From Histomonas meleagridis 2922-C6/04-290x (lineage: Eukaryota > Protista > Parabasalia): a DNA stretch of 64,000 nucleotides. The notes below the pieces were generated by a model. It made no database searches and was not told the origin of the DNA. It saw only the letters and a program-made list of their open reading frames with translations. The stretch spans positions 62,001 through 126,000 of the forward strand of contig JAANOX010000117.1 of NCBI GenBank assembly GCA_020184695.1, read 5' to 3'. Numbering within the stretch: position 1 is the first letter of the stretch; each line of letters opens with the position of its first letter. Below are positions 22,008 to 31,856 of the stretch, piece after piece. The translations under genes and the position numbers were made by a program.

Positions 22008-22814
22008 TTATACGAACCTCCAAACCATTTTCCTTCCTGGTTCTCTTGCGCCAACAAGTTCATACTCACTTCCATAGTCATTTAGTATTTGGCAATCACG
22101 AACAGCAAGTGGTGATCCTGTTTGGTTGTGCTTAATGATAACAGGCGAGTTAATTTTAACGGGTTCTCCTTCCATATCAAAATCATCGTTTGGATTGAGA
22201 CAGCAAATTCTCCATGTGCATTTATATGACTCTTGTTGCGTGGAATATATCATTTGTTTTCTTGAAATTCGTGAGTAATGCATAAAGTCAGATTGGGTAG
22301 ATGCAAGATAAAATGGCGAAGAACCTATTTGATCAGTTGTCGAAAGGTAAAACTTATCACCATAGTGTACAATGTCTTCTTCGCCTTCATCTTCTGGAAG
22401 TTGGAGAAAATCATTCTCTTCAAATTTCTTTAAAATCCAAACATTTCTTGCTAGAAAATCAGATTGCTTAGAGCCAGTGCATGAATACAATTTTTCTTCT
22501 TCGTTCTCTAAGTCACTGGGATCACATGCAACAAAGCATCCAAGTTCATCATTCTTTATTCGAACCATCATTCCGAAATGAAGATAACCATCTTTTGGCA
22601 TTTCTTCAGGTTTTACCATTTTTACAGTTGTTGTGTTTTGACCAATTGTTTGAATTAATAACTCACCACGTTCTTTCTTCTCAAGAAATTCTCTGATTTT
22701 TTCGTCTTCACGAACACTTTCTTCATACCAATTTCCATTAAGTGTTCTGCAACTATATCTTCCCCTATCTGTTCCTTGCATGAAATATGATTTTAACGTA
22801 TTTTTAAACATCAT
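22008..22814 (-). CDS. CFAP161: Cilia- and flagella-associated protein 161 homolog (start may be ATG 22781)
   Basis: LNGNWYEE..EFLEKKERGELL, DGYLHFG, IVHYGDKFYL, EGEPVKINSPVIIKHNQTG and YGSEYE. Confidence 0.8.
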   Translation of the reverse strand: MMFKNTLKSYFMQGTDRGRYSCRTLNGNWYEESVREDEKIREFLEKKERGELLIQTIGQNTTTVKMVKPEEMPKDGYLHFGMMVRIKNDELGCFVACDPSDLENEEEKLYSCTGSKQSDFLARNVWILKKFEENDFLQLPEDEGEEDIVHYGDKFYLSTTDQIGSSPFYLASTQSDFMHYSRISRKQMIYSTQQESYKCTWRICCLNPNDDFDMEGEPVKINSPVIIKHNQTGSPLAVRDCQILNDYGSEYELVGAREPGRKMVWRFV

Positions 22815-22899
22815 GTGGGGTGCCCCTAAGCAAAAATTTTCATTTACTCAGCAAACAAAGAAAAGAAAAAAATTTAACCAAACAATATTCTAATATTTA

Positions 22900-24342
22900 T
22901 CAATTTGGAACAAAAAATCCGTGTAGTTCAAATTGTCTGACCCGCAATATATTTCCACCCGAACTGTTATTTCCAACAAGCCTTACAATGATCTTTTTTA
23001 CTGGCTGTACTACATCCACCTTTATTTGTGCAAACATAGATTTTGGGTCTATATCAATTTTGGGTGAATGATAAACAATTTTATTGTCTTCGTCATAGCC
23101 AAGCGTTTCAAGCACTAATGGCTTTGGTTTATTTTCAACAAAGTAAACCTTCAAGTTTGAAGGTACAAATGATTGTGTAGTAAATAAATATCCGACAAAA
23201 GGCATTGCATTTGTGTTGGCTTCTGGCGAAAATGGACAGCTCAAGAAATATTTGTTTTGATCTGAAATCGCTTCCTGATCAAACAGGAGCCGATTATATT
23301 GTTGAACCTGTAGAGGTGTTGAACAATAGGGTTGAATTAACTGGTATAACATAGGGTTGAAATAATTTGATGAGCTTCCAAGAGTACCAATAAAATTCAT
23401 TAAATCAATTTCAATGATTTCCTCTTGTCCGAGGGATTCTCGAATTTCTGTTAACCAAGTAAAGGCATACCAATTACAACAGAATTTTTTCACAGACTCT
23501 GTTGCATGAATAAAACTGTTGAGCGTTTTTCTCCTTTGATCCAAAAGTTTCGAAATAAACGGTCGCGATGTCGACGGTTTTACCCAATCGGCGTTGAACT
23601 TCGAGAAGAGAATGTAGGGATCACTCCGATTTTCACCAGGTTCATAGTCCCACTTGATGAGGTCCTGAAAGTAGTGAAAATCGAGATGACTTGTTTCGCT
23701 TTGAAGCTCGCAATATCTGTCAATTAACGATACTATTTTTGTATCATCAAAATTAGAGATACGTATGGTTTCAGATAGAAGCTTTGGTGTAAGAGATCTG
23801 AGAATAGAATCCGTGTCAAGCCTGTTAAAGTTAGAAGAGATAAACGAAGCAAAATCAAGTGACGAATTTAACATATTTTCAAAATTTTCTGTGAGTTTTG
23901 GAAACAAAATTTGCATTTTTGGATCGTATGTAAAATTTTTATAATGTGAAACTATCGATAAGATGTTATGTGAATTGATTTCCCGAAAAATTATATCTTT
24001 TAAAATGAGTGATAAACTAGAAACTCCATATACCAAGGACACTGCGTAAAAGTCCATTAATTTGTCTGTATTCATGTCTGTAGAAAATTGTTGTTCATAA
24101 AAAAAATTAATCAGATTTGGAAATTCATCTGAAATTTCGTATGGAATTTGAACCCTGATAAGTTTTGGGTTATATTCAGTCCTTTGAAAATATTCTTTAA
24201 AAAGATTGGAATAATGAGATAAAACAATACGATGTGCAAAAATTTCTTCAGAAGCAGTTTGAAAGGAACAATCGATAAACAATTTTTTTTCGCGAAATTG
24301 CCGGAATCTTGTTGGGATATTATTGAACAACGATTTTTTCAT
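22900..24342 (-). CDS. BTB/POZ-domain protein with C-terminal galactose-binding-like (F5/8C-type) domain
   Basis: EEIFAHRIVLSHYSNLFKEYF BTB motif and C-terminal IVRLVGNNSSGGNILRVRQFELHG. Confidence 0.8.
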   Translation of the reverse strand: MKKSLFNNIPTRFRQFREKKLFIDCSFQTASEEIFAHRIVLSHYSNLFKEYFQRTEYNPKLIRVQIPYEISDEFPNLINFFYEQQFSTDMNTDKLMDFYAVSLVYGVSSLSLILKDIIFREINSHNILSIVSHYKNFTYDPKMQILFPKLTENFENMLNSSLDFASFISSNFNRLDTDSILRSLTPKLLSETIRISNFDDTKIVSLIDRYCELQSETSHLDFHYFQDLIKWDYEPGENRSDPYILFSKFNADWVKPSTSRPFISKLLDQRRKTLNSFIHATESVKKFCCNWYAFTWLTEIRESLGQEEIIEIDLMNFIGTLGSSSNYFNPMLYQLIQPYCSTPLQVQQYNRLLFDQEAISDQNKYFLSCPFSPEANTNAMPFVGYLFTTQSFVPSNLKVYFVENKPKPLVLETLGYDEDNKIVYHSPKIDIDPKSMFAQIKVDVVQPVKKIIVRLVGNNSSGGNILRVRQFELHGFFVPN

Positions 24343-24910
24343 CTAGGGATTTTTGCCGGCAAAAAGCCCTCAAATTATTTTTTTATGTGAAATCAAAACA
24401 ATAAAATTAATCTTAACACTCGAGCTATCAGTCAAAACGAAGGAGAAACTTTTGCTAAAAAATTCGAAAATCACTTTACTTATACTTCAGCATTGAATAA
24501 CCTGAATATCGACATTCCAATATCTCAATGACAAAAGTCAACAAATATAAATCGAAAGGGAAACATGTAAAATATAGTAAATATTGATTTTCTTTAACTA
24601 AAGTGTATTTTATTTTAATCAAATTTAAAAAGGGCTTATTAATACTTTCATTTTAAATTTGATTAAAAATATTTTATAAATTGCAGTTAGTTAGGCAGAA
24701 TGTTGATTTTAATTAATAGATATATCCTCAGGAAATTACTTTATATTTTATTAGTTGCCACTACAAATGATTTAACTTCTTTATCTTCATCTGAACTAAA
24801 TCTATAATTCGTTAGTTCAATTTCATTTGACTTATTTAAAATTACATTTCCATTTATTTCACTTAAAAAAAAGATGTTAATATATATTTTAGACACAAAC
24901 CAATGAAATT

Positions 24911-26149
24911 CTATGTCGAGTCTTGTGTATAACGAAGCGTGTGCAAGAATTTCACCAAATCCGGATTAACTTTGAGCGCTTCTTCATACATTTCCTCGAA
25001 TGATTGTTTTATTTGATTTTTTATTGCGATGTAATGTTCCACGTTTAAAATATTTAAGCAGATTGTGAACTCCTTCGAATTTTGCATTATGATATCTCTG
25101 AGGTTTTTGTTTTTGTTGAATTTATCGTGCGAATTTATCGCATTCTTTTGGAATTCTTCTGTTGCATTTCCACTCCGTAAGATATTTAAAGCTTTATTAT
25201 ACACTATAGCATTCGAATGATATGTAGTTGTTGTCTTTTCGGCAATTCCTGAAAGAATTTCTGGAACTGATTTTGTTAATTTTTCTTGAACTTCATCATT
25301 TATTTCTTGTTTCAAATCTGGCGTTGTAAGCAAATAGAACACAACACATTCATATTGGACTTTGATCAAATTGGCTTCTATTTCTTCCTTTTCTGGAATA
25401 TCTGCAATACAGTTTTTGTGGGATGTTAGGGCGCCCCTGTCGGAGGACGTTAGATAAACGGTCGTTTCGGTTTCTTGTTCTGGAACAAATTTAAATAATT
25501 TTACTATTTCAAGAGGAATATGTGAAGCTAGAAGCAAATTTCCAATATAGCATGAAATTCCCCAAATATCTTTATGCGTTTGTATTAACATTAATAATAT
25601 TAATGATGCTGTTACACCTGCTCGATGCCATTGTATATTTGGGACATCAGAAAATGAGAAGTTGATTGGATTTGGCTCTAAAATGGGAAGAATAGAAGTG
25701 AAAATTCTTTCGCCTTCTGCTTCTAAATATGTTTTGATGGCTTCGATTGACGACATTTTTTTCTCTCCTAAAACAAAGTAAATACCTTTTTTAATATAAT
25801 CAAGTGCGATCGATATGGATTCATCACTGTATATTGGTAGCTCCCTAAGAAGGAAAAAAAGAAGAGATTTATCTTCTAATTCAATTGTTTGAATAGCTAT
25901 TTTTGTATTAGACCAAGAAAGGAAATCAAGCTTTTTGGTTTCTAAAGCGAGTGATGTAAATGTATGCAATGAAATGATTACTCTTAATAAATTTTCTTTA
26001 TTTTTTTCTGGAATAGCAGGATAGAAATAACTTTCTGCTAACATTTGACTCATCAATTCACTGCCATCTTCGCCACCTTCATTTCCACGTATAAAAGGAA
26101 CATGTCGAAATATACAAAAACAAGTTTCCTTTAGGGGATCTTTCTGCAT
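24911..26149 (-). CDS. Hypothetical protein, possible CCZ1/INTU/HPS4-type longin N-terminus
   Basis: FCIF..EGGED..SYFYP..LLRVIISLHTFT recalls the first CCZ1 longin domain. Recognised from memory only. Confidence 0.45.
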   Translation of the reverse strand: MQKDPLKETCFCIFRHVPFIRGNEGGEDGSELMSQMLAESYFYPAIPEKNKENLLRVIISLHTFTSLALETKKLDFLSWSNTKIAIQTIELEDKSLLFFLLRELPIYSDESISIALDYIKKGIYFVLGEKKMSSIEAIKTYLEAEGERIFTSILPILEPNPINFSFSDVPNIQWHRAGVTASLILLMLIQTHKDIWGISCYIGNLLLASHIPLEIVKLFKFVPEQETETTVYLTSSDRGALTSHKNCIADIPEKEEIEANLIKVQYECVVFYLLTTPDLKQEINDEVQEKLTKSVPEILSGIAEKTTTTYHSNAIVYNKALNILRSGNATEEFQKNAINSHDKFNKNKNLRDIIMQNSKEFTICLNILNVEHYIAIKNQIKQSFEEMYEEALKVNPDLVKFLHTLRYTQDST

Positions 26150-26427
26150 TTAAATTTGACTATGTTTGTTCGCTAAATTGTTCTAATCTCATTTTCTTCA
26201 AGCTATTTATATATAGTTGCTTAGCCAAGATTAAAGTGGTGGCACATTTTTCTGTAATCATGTGAGTTGTTACACTTTTTTAAAAATCATTTGATGATCA
26301 ATCAAAATTTTAAATTTCATCCAGCATACTGTTTTATGGCATTAAGCCACATAAATTATTTGTTCAATTTTGGAAAAAAAAATGTGAAAATCATATTTTT
26401 TAAAAAAAAATTAAAACATACAAACAT

Positions 26428-27237
26428 TTATTCCAATAAATTATTAATAGATATCGGCTGTTCTGACTGTGATTTCATCATGTCAGAAATATCTGTAGAG
26501 AAAATTGCAATTTCCTGGCACTTCCCATCTTCAACCTGAATTTTCTTTTGTAAAGTATCCAATTCGTGAATAAAGTTTTCAATTTCTGTCAGATCTGTTT
26601 GGAAATCAGATAAATTTTTCTCGAGAGGTGGTATGTCTGGTATATTAGCAATGATATTTTTAGGTTTTATATTGGTCCATTTATTTAATTCGTTTTCAAG
26701 TTTATGAAGTCTTTCTTCGGCATTTCTGATTTTAATATTTGCATTTTGGATTGTCTCAGGAAGATCTTCTTCTTTTTTCTTTTTGTTTTTCATTATTTGG
26801 TGATTCCATTCATCAAATGACTGAAAAAACATTGCAAAAATATTATCGAATATATATTTCACTTTAGGATCTGTTTTAGAATATTTTGATAAAACTTGTA
26901 CTGCAATATTTTTCGAAACAGTACTTAATGTATGTTGATCTGTTATATTTTGTGGTTTCATTGGTGAAAGTTCAAAATTTGGAAATTGAATTTCTTCATC
27001 TTCATCACTACTTTGAAAAAAATTCAATTTAGAATTATTTTGTGAAATTTGTGAATCATTTACTGATTCTGGAGGTGCGATAGGTCTTTCTTTTATAACT
27101 CGAAATGGAAAACTTCCAAAAAAATGTGTTTCATTTGAATGCCTTGGAGGAGTAATATTTAGGTCGTGATTGATTTGGTGATATCTAAAAGTATTTGGAC
27201 TTCCTGATGGAAGCATTTCGAATGAATCCTGAGACAT
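26428..27237 (-). CDS. Hypothetical coiled-coil protein (possible Dsn1/Mis13-like)
   Basis: ATG ORF of 269 aa with a disordered SP-rich N-terminus and a coiled coil ending LENELNKW. Confidence 0.6.
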   Translation of the reverse strand: MSQDSFEMLPSGSPNTFRYHQINHDLNITPPRHSNETHFFGSFPFRVIKERPIAPPESVNDSQISQNNSKLNFFQSSDEDEEIQFPNFELSPMKPQNITDQHTLSTVSKNIAVQVLSKYSKTDPKVKYIFDNIFAMFFQSFDEWNHQIMKNKKKKEEDLPETIQNANIKIRNAEERLHKLENELNKWTNIKPKNIIANIPDIPPLEKNLSDFQTDLTEIENFIHELDTLQKKIQVEDGKCQEIAIFSTDISDMMKSQSEQPISINNLLE

Positions 27238-27328
27238 TTTTGTCCGTTTAAAATTGCAATTAGGATTTATTGAATTGACATTTTATTTTCATTCAATTTT
27301 TTTCGCCAATTTTTCATACTGAATTTAA

Positions 27329-27853
27329 ATGCAAAGCAAAGATTTGAGTTTTGTTGTTCCCTTTAAAGGAAATTCTTTTGAGGGAATTTTTTTCCTTATA
27401 AAAACAGAATTTGGATTAGACAGGCTTCACAGCCTTGTTGAAGTCATTCCATGTGATCAAATATGTTCAAATGCACCCAAAATCATCGAGCCTGGATTTA
27501 AGCAACATTGGTTCTCATTTGAGCCAAATCCTTGGATAAAATTTAAATTTAATGGATCTATTAAAATTGACTATTATTCACTTAAAACATATTCTGGTGA
27601 TAAAGGATCTGGTCACCTAAAGTCGTGGATTTTAGAAGGAAGCAATGATGATGCTAATTATCAGAAAGTAGATGAAGTCAATGATTGCGAATTTTTAAAC
27701 TCTTCATCAGCAGAACACACATTTCAAAGCAAATGTACAGAACCTTTCAGGTACGTCCGTCTTTCTATGATCGGCAAAAACTTTGCAGGAAGTGATTTTC
27801 TTGTGGTACGCCAAATTGAGTTTTTTGGGGAACTTTCATTAGACACAGTATAA
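27329..27853 (+). CDS. Stand-alone F5/8 type C / galactose-binding-like domain protein
   Basis: WIKFKF..YSLKT..HLKSWILEGSND..FRYVRLSMIGKN..RQIEFFG. Confidence 0.8.
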   Translation: MQSKDLSFVVPFKGNSFEGIFFLIKTEFGLDRLHSLVEVIPCDQICSNAPKIIEPGFKQHWFSFEPNPWIKFKFNGSIKIDYYSLKTYSGDKGSGHLKSWILEGSNDDANYQKVDEVNDCEFLNSSSAEHTFQSKCTEPFRYVRLSMIGKNFAGSDFLVVRQIEFFGELSLDTV

Positions 27854-28326
27854 AGCATGCTTTTAAAATGTGGAAATTTGATATAAAAAAAGAGGATGAA
27901 AAGGGGAATTTTTTTACTATTCTAATATAAATATTTATATTTGTCGCAAAAATCTTTGTTATTGTTTACCATAATTTCCCTTTTTTTGAATTTTTTGTTT
28001 ATAGTAAAGCTTAGCATTTTATATAATAATAATAATAAAACTTTATCATAATTATGGTAATTCAACGGACAGAAAAACTAAAATGTAAGCCTGAATCACA
28101 TCTATAGCTTAGTGGAGAACTGGTTGTTTGTATTGACCTTAGTAAGTAGCCTCCAAGAAAAGTGTTCTCCGGTCGTTCGTAACTTCGGTTTCTTTTGGGA
28201 GAACAGTTCTCAAATATCCGTTGGGAAAGTTAAGTGGCGACTTTTTGATAATATATTATCGACCATGACTTTCAATGAATTGAATTTTTTTTAGGTTCGA
28301 ATTCACCCAAACTTGCCTCATCTAAG

Positions 28327-30486
28327 ATGAATGCTTTCCCAATCATTCCCTTAGTGTCTTCATTTTACTTATATTCAGTATGTTCTTTATTATCAATTTC
28401 AACAATTTTTAAATCCATTTTTAAATCATTATTTTTTTTTATAAATCTTCGATTGATTCTAACTTTATACTACAATTCAAAATATTTACATAACTTATTA
28501 GGTTATTTTCAAAATTCTTCAAATGTTTTATCTTTTTTATTAAAAAAATTTGCAGTGTTTATTTTATTTTGTATCATTAATAATATTTTATCATTGTTAT
28601 TCATTAAAACAAGAAATTATTTAAGAAATTTAAATCGAAATATTTTCAGCAAAGAAAAGTTTAAATTCAGAATTCTTCCATTTTTATTTATTCTTTTTTT
28701 CATTCGATCATTTGAAACATTTGATAATATAACCCAAACACTTATTATATCGAATTCAAATGAATTTGAAAATATTGATTTATATAAAACTCGAACAAAA
28801 TATCTTATAATTAATGGAAGTGTTGAAATAATTACAGATTATGCTTTTTCTAGTTGGTCAAATTTAGTTTCTGTTGAAATTGGCAATTCAGTTACATCAA
28901 TTGGTAATCGTACATTTCTATCATGCTCTAATTTAACAACAGCTATTATTGGAGAAAGTGTTACAACAATTAATGAATATGCATTTTACGGATGTTCCTC
29001 ATTAGAAATAGTTATTATTGGTGAAAATGTCAAAGAAATTTGCAACAACACATTTCGTTCATGTTTTTCATTACGAAACATTACAATTCCAAAGTCAGTT
29101 ACATTAATTGCATCAAATTCTTTTATAAAATGTGAAAATCTCAAAAACTTTACGACAATAATTTGTTATCCATTGGGAATCAAAAATGAAACATTTGAAA
29201 TTCCAAATTCAGTTATAACAATTGGATGTTATGCATTCTATAAATGTTTTTCATTAACAAATGTCATAATTTCAGATTCAGTTATAACAATTGAAGCTTA
29301 CGCATTTTATCATTGTTATTCAATAACAAATATAACAATTCCGAATTCAGTTCAAATAATTGGAAGTCATGCATTTTGTAGATGTACTTCATTAACAAAT
29401 GTAATAATTTTTCATTCAGTTACAACAATTGGAAGTTATGCATTTCAATCATGTTCCAAATTAATAAATATCACAATTCCAGATTCAGTTACTTCAATTG
29501 GCGATGCAGCATTTCAGTCATGTTCCAAATTAATAAATATCACAATCCCAGATTCAGTTACTTCAATTGACTATGCAGCATTTCAATCATGCGATAACTT
29601 GAAAAATATTATAATTGGAAATAGTGTAACAACAATTGGAAGTTCTGCATTTCAATCATGTTCATCATTAGAAACAGTTATCATTGGTGAAAGTGTTACA
29701 ACAATTGAAAGTTATGCATTTCAACACTGCTCTAATCTTACATGTATATATTATAAAGGTTATTCTTCACCAACATTTCAAAATTCAAATGTCTTTGATA
29801 ATATAACAGCAAAATATGTTATGACATCAGATTTATATGAAGACGCAACATTTGGTACACTCGATGTATCTAAAGGCTCATCAATTGAAGGATGTGCACA
29901 ATATCCATGGCCAACACACACATTTACTAAATCAAATACTTTTACTAATACATTTACACAATCAAGTACATTCACTAATACATTTACTAAATCATTTACA
30001 TTTACATTTGAATCTTTAAATAATTATATGACAACATTATCGAATTCAATTATTTTAACGAATTCATTATTTATTACACAAACATTAACATTAAATAATA
30101 TATTTTCAACAAATTCATATTCAATTACAATAAATAATTCGATATTCACATATATTAAGAGTGAAATCTTTTCATATGAATATATAATTTATCAATATTC
30201 TACATATTATTTTTATTATTCTAATTTCTTTACAGTCATTTCATATATTTTTACTGAACGAAAATCTATTTCAAACGAAGTATTAATTGGTATTATATGT
30301 GGCTCGATTGGATTTATTTTATTAATCACTGGAATTATTATATTTGTAATTCACAAAAGTAAAAATGAAATTTCAACATCAACTATGAATATTAAATCTA
30401 AATATTCAACATCAACATGTAAAACGGAACAAATTGATGAAGAATTTAATCAACATATTGTTAATGAAGAAGATCAATGGATATAA
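28327..30486 (+). CDS. BspA-like LRR surface protein, ectodomain A with anchor X
   Basis: TpLRR repeats (VTSIGDAAFQSCSKLINITIPDS), cap, short stalk, TM ILIGIICGSIGFILLITGIIIFVI-type helix, tail ..EEDQWI. Confidence 0.92.
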   Translation: MNAFPIIPLVSSFYLYSVCSLLSISTIFKSIFKSLFFFINLRLILTLYYNSKYLHNLLGYFQNSSNVLSFLLKKFAVFILFCIINNILSLLFIKTRNYLRNLNRNIFSKEKFKFRILPFLFILFFIRSFETFDNITQTLIISNSNEFENIDLYKTRTKYLIINGSVEIITDYAFSSWSNLVSVEIGNSVTSIGNRTFLSCSNLTTAIIGESVTTINEYAFYGCSSLEIVIIGENVKEICNNTFRSCFSLRNITIPKSVTLIASNSFIKCENLKNFTTIICYPLGIKNETFEIPNSVITIGCYAFYKCFSLTNVIISDSVITIEAYAFYHCYSITNITIPNSVQIIGSHAFCRCTSLTNVIIFHSVTTIGSYAFQSCSKLINITIPDSVTSIGDAAFQSCSKLINITIPDSVTSIDYAAFQSCDNLKNIIIGNSVTTIGSSAFQSCSSLETVIIGESVTTIESYAFQHCSNLTCIYYKGYSSPTFQNSNVFDNITAKYVMTSDLYEDATFGTLDVSKGSSIEGCAQYPWPTHTFTKSNTFTNTFTQSSTFTNTFTKSFTFTFESLNNYMTTLSNSIILTNSLFITQTLTLNNIFSTNSYSITINNSIFTYIKSEIFSYEYIIYQYSTYYFYYSNFFTVISYIFTERKSISNEVLIGIICGSIGFILLITGIIIFVIHKSKNEISTSTMNIKSKYSTSTCKTEQIDEEFNQHIVNEEDQWI

Positions 30487-31856
30487 TTCACAGTAAATAT
30501 TTTAAATGAAAAATGAGCAACAATTGTTCATTATCATTACATTGATTATTATTATTAAACGAAAGAAAATTTTGATCGATATTATACTTTCTCCGCTGTT
30601 TTATACAGTTCCAGTTTATTATGAACATTTTTAAATAATTGGCATTTTGGGTAATTCTCATTTTCGAAGTTCAATATCACGAACAGTATAATCCTTTTGC
30701 CAACTTATGTCGACGTAGAGATTCTCATCGTCTAAGGAAATACATAGTATAAACAAATACATCAACAAATTTATAACAACAATTTATTAATTTTTATTAT
30801 TAATGAAAAATCCAAATAATGTAATCAAGAGGTTATTTTACATTGATAACTTTGTGGTTATGATTAACTTTAATCCATTGAATGCATTGTGAACATTGTG
30901 TTTTTAAACTCGGTCCATTACATAAGTCTTTTTGCCATTATCTCTTCGTATGTGATAAACATTCATTGTTTCATCTTTCATTCATTTGATCCATTAAAAC
31001 ACATGAATAAACTTTGGTGATTTCAAAGTTTTAACATCATTACAGTGATAGAAATATATATTAGACCTGTTTCTTGCCCTACAGCATTTACAATGTTCCA
31101 AGTATTTTTGTTCATGTCTTATGAAAATGAAGTTAGTTGACACACAATGTGGTTAACATTATCAAAGATATGACCTAATAAACATGATTACTTCGATAAA
31201 TTTAACTTGCATTTTAACTTGAAAACATTTTGCAACATATAAATTTTCATAAAAAATGGATTAACACATTAAATGAGTTTACATGTGAATTAATTATTAT
31301 TTATTTTAATTTTTTGGTTAAAATACATTAATTCAGAAAAAGCAAAATTAAAATCATGTACTTTAAATTAGATTTGCAACAATCAAACTTAAAGTTCTAA
31401 TGAATTTCTTAAATTTATTTCAAATCCAAAGAATACATGGAAAATAATGATGTTTTAATTTAAACATGGCTTTAAACCGTTCATTCAATGGTTTACATGG
31501 TGCACTTGACGATATTTCAGATGAACCAAAGCCTTTTATATGCAAACCAGCTTGTGTATGCAGGAACAGTAAAGTGCGCCGAAGCAAGACAATTGAAATA
31601 AAAGTGCATTTCCTGTCGTTTTCCCTTGTATATCAAACCGTTTTTTAACGGTTTGTTTGCTAACAAAATTTGAGCGGATATGTGTTTTGTTAAGTTTTTC
31701 TGAGTTTATTTTGTAGCGGCTCTCTTTTTCTTTTGCATGTACAACAGATTTTAAGAAATAAAATTGGGTTTGTAACTTTTTGAATACTTGACTTTCGCCA
31801 AACTTGAAATCTGTGTTTGAAATCGAAAACTTACCTCATTTGAGCTATTCCGAAAT

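Noticed and set aside
22819-22828. GGGGTGCCCC / GGGATGCCCC motif upstream of CFAP161 and Rab as a shared promoter element
   Set aside because: The same 10-mer occurs inside the VPS13 CDS (about 11587). Two upstream instances are insufficient.
30500-31800. Intergenic region with the 31466-31648 ORF and coding-like patches
   Set aside because: No recognisable family or consistent frame.
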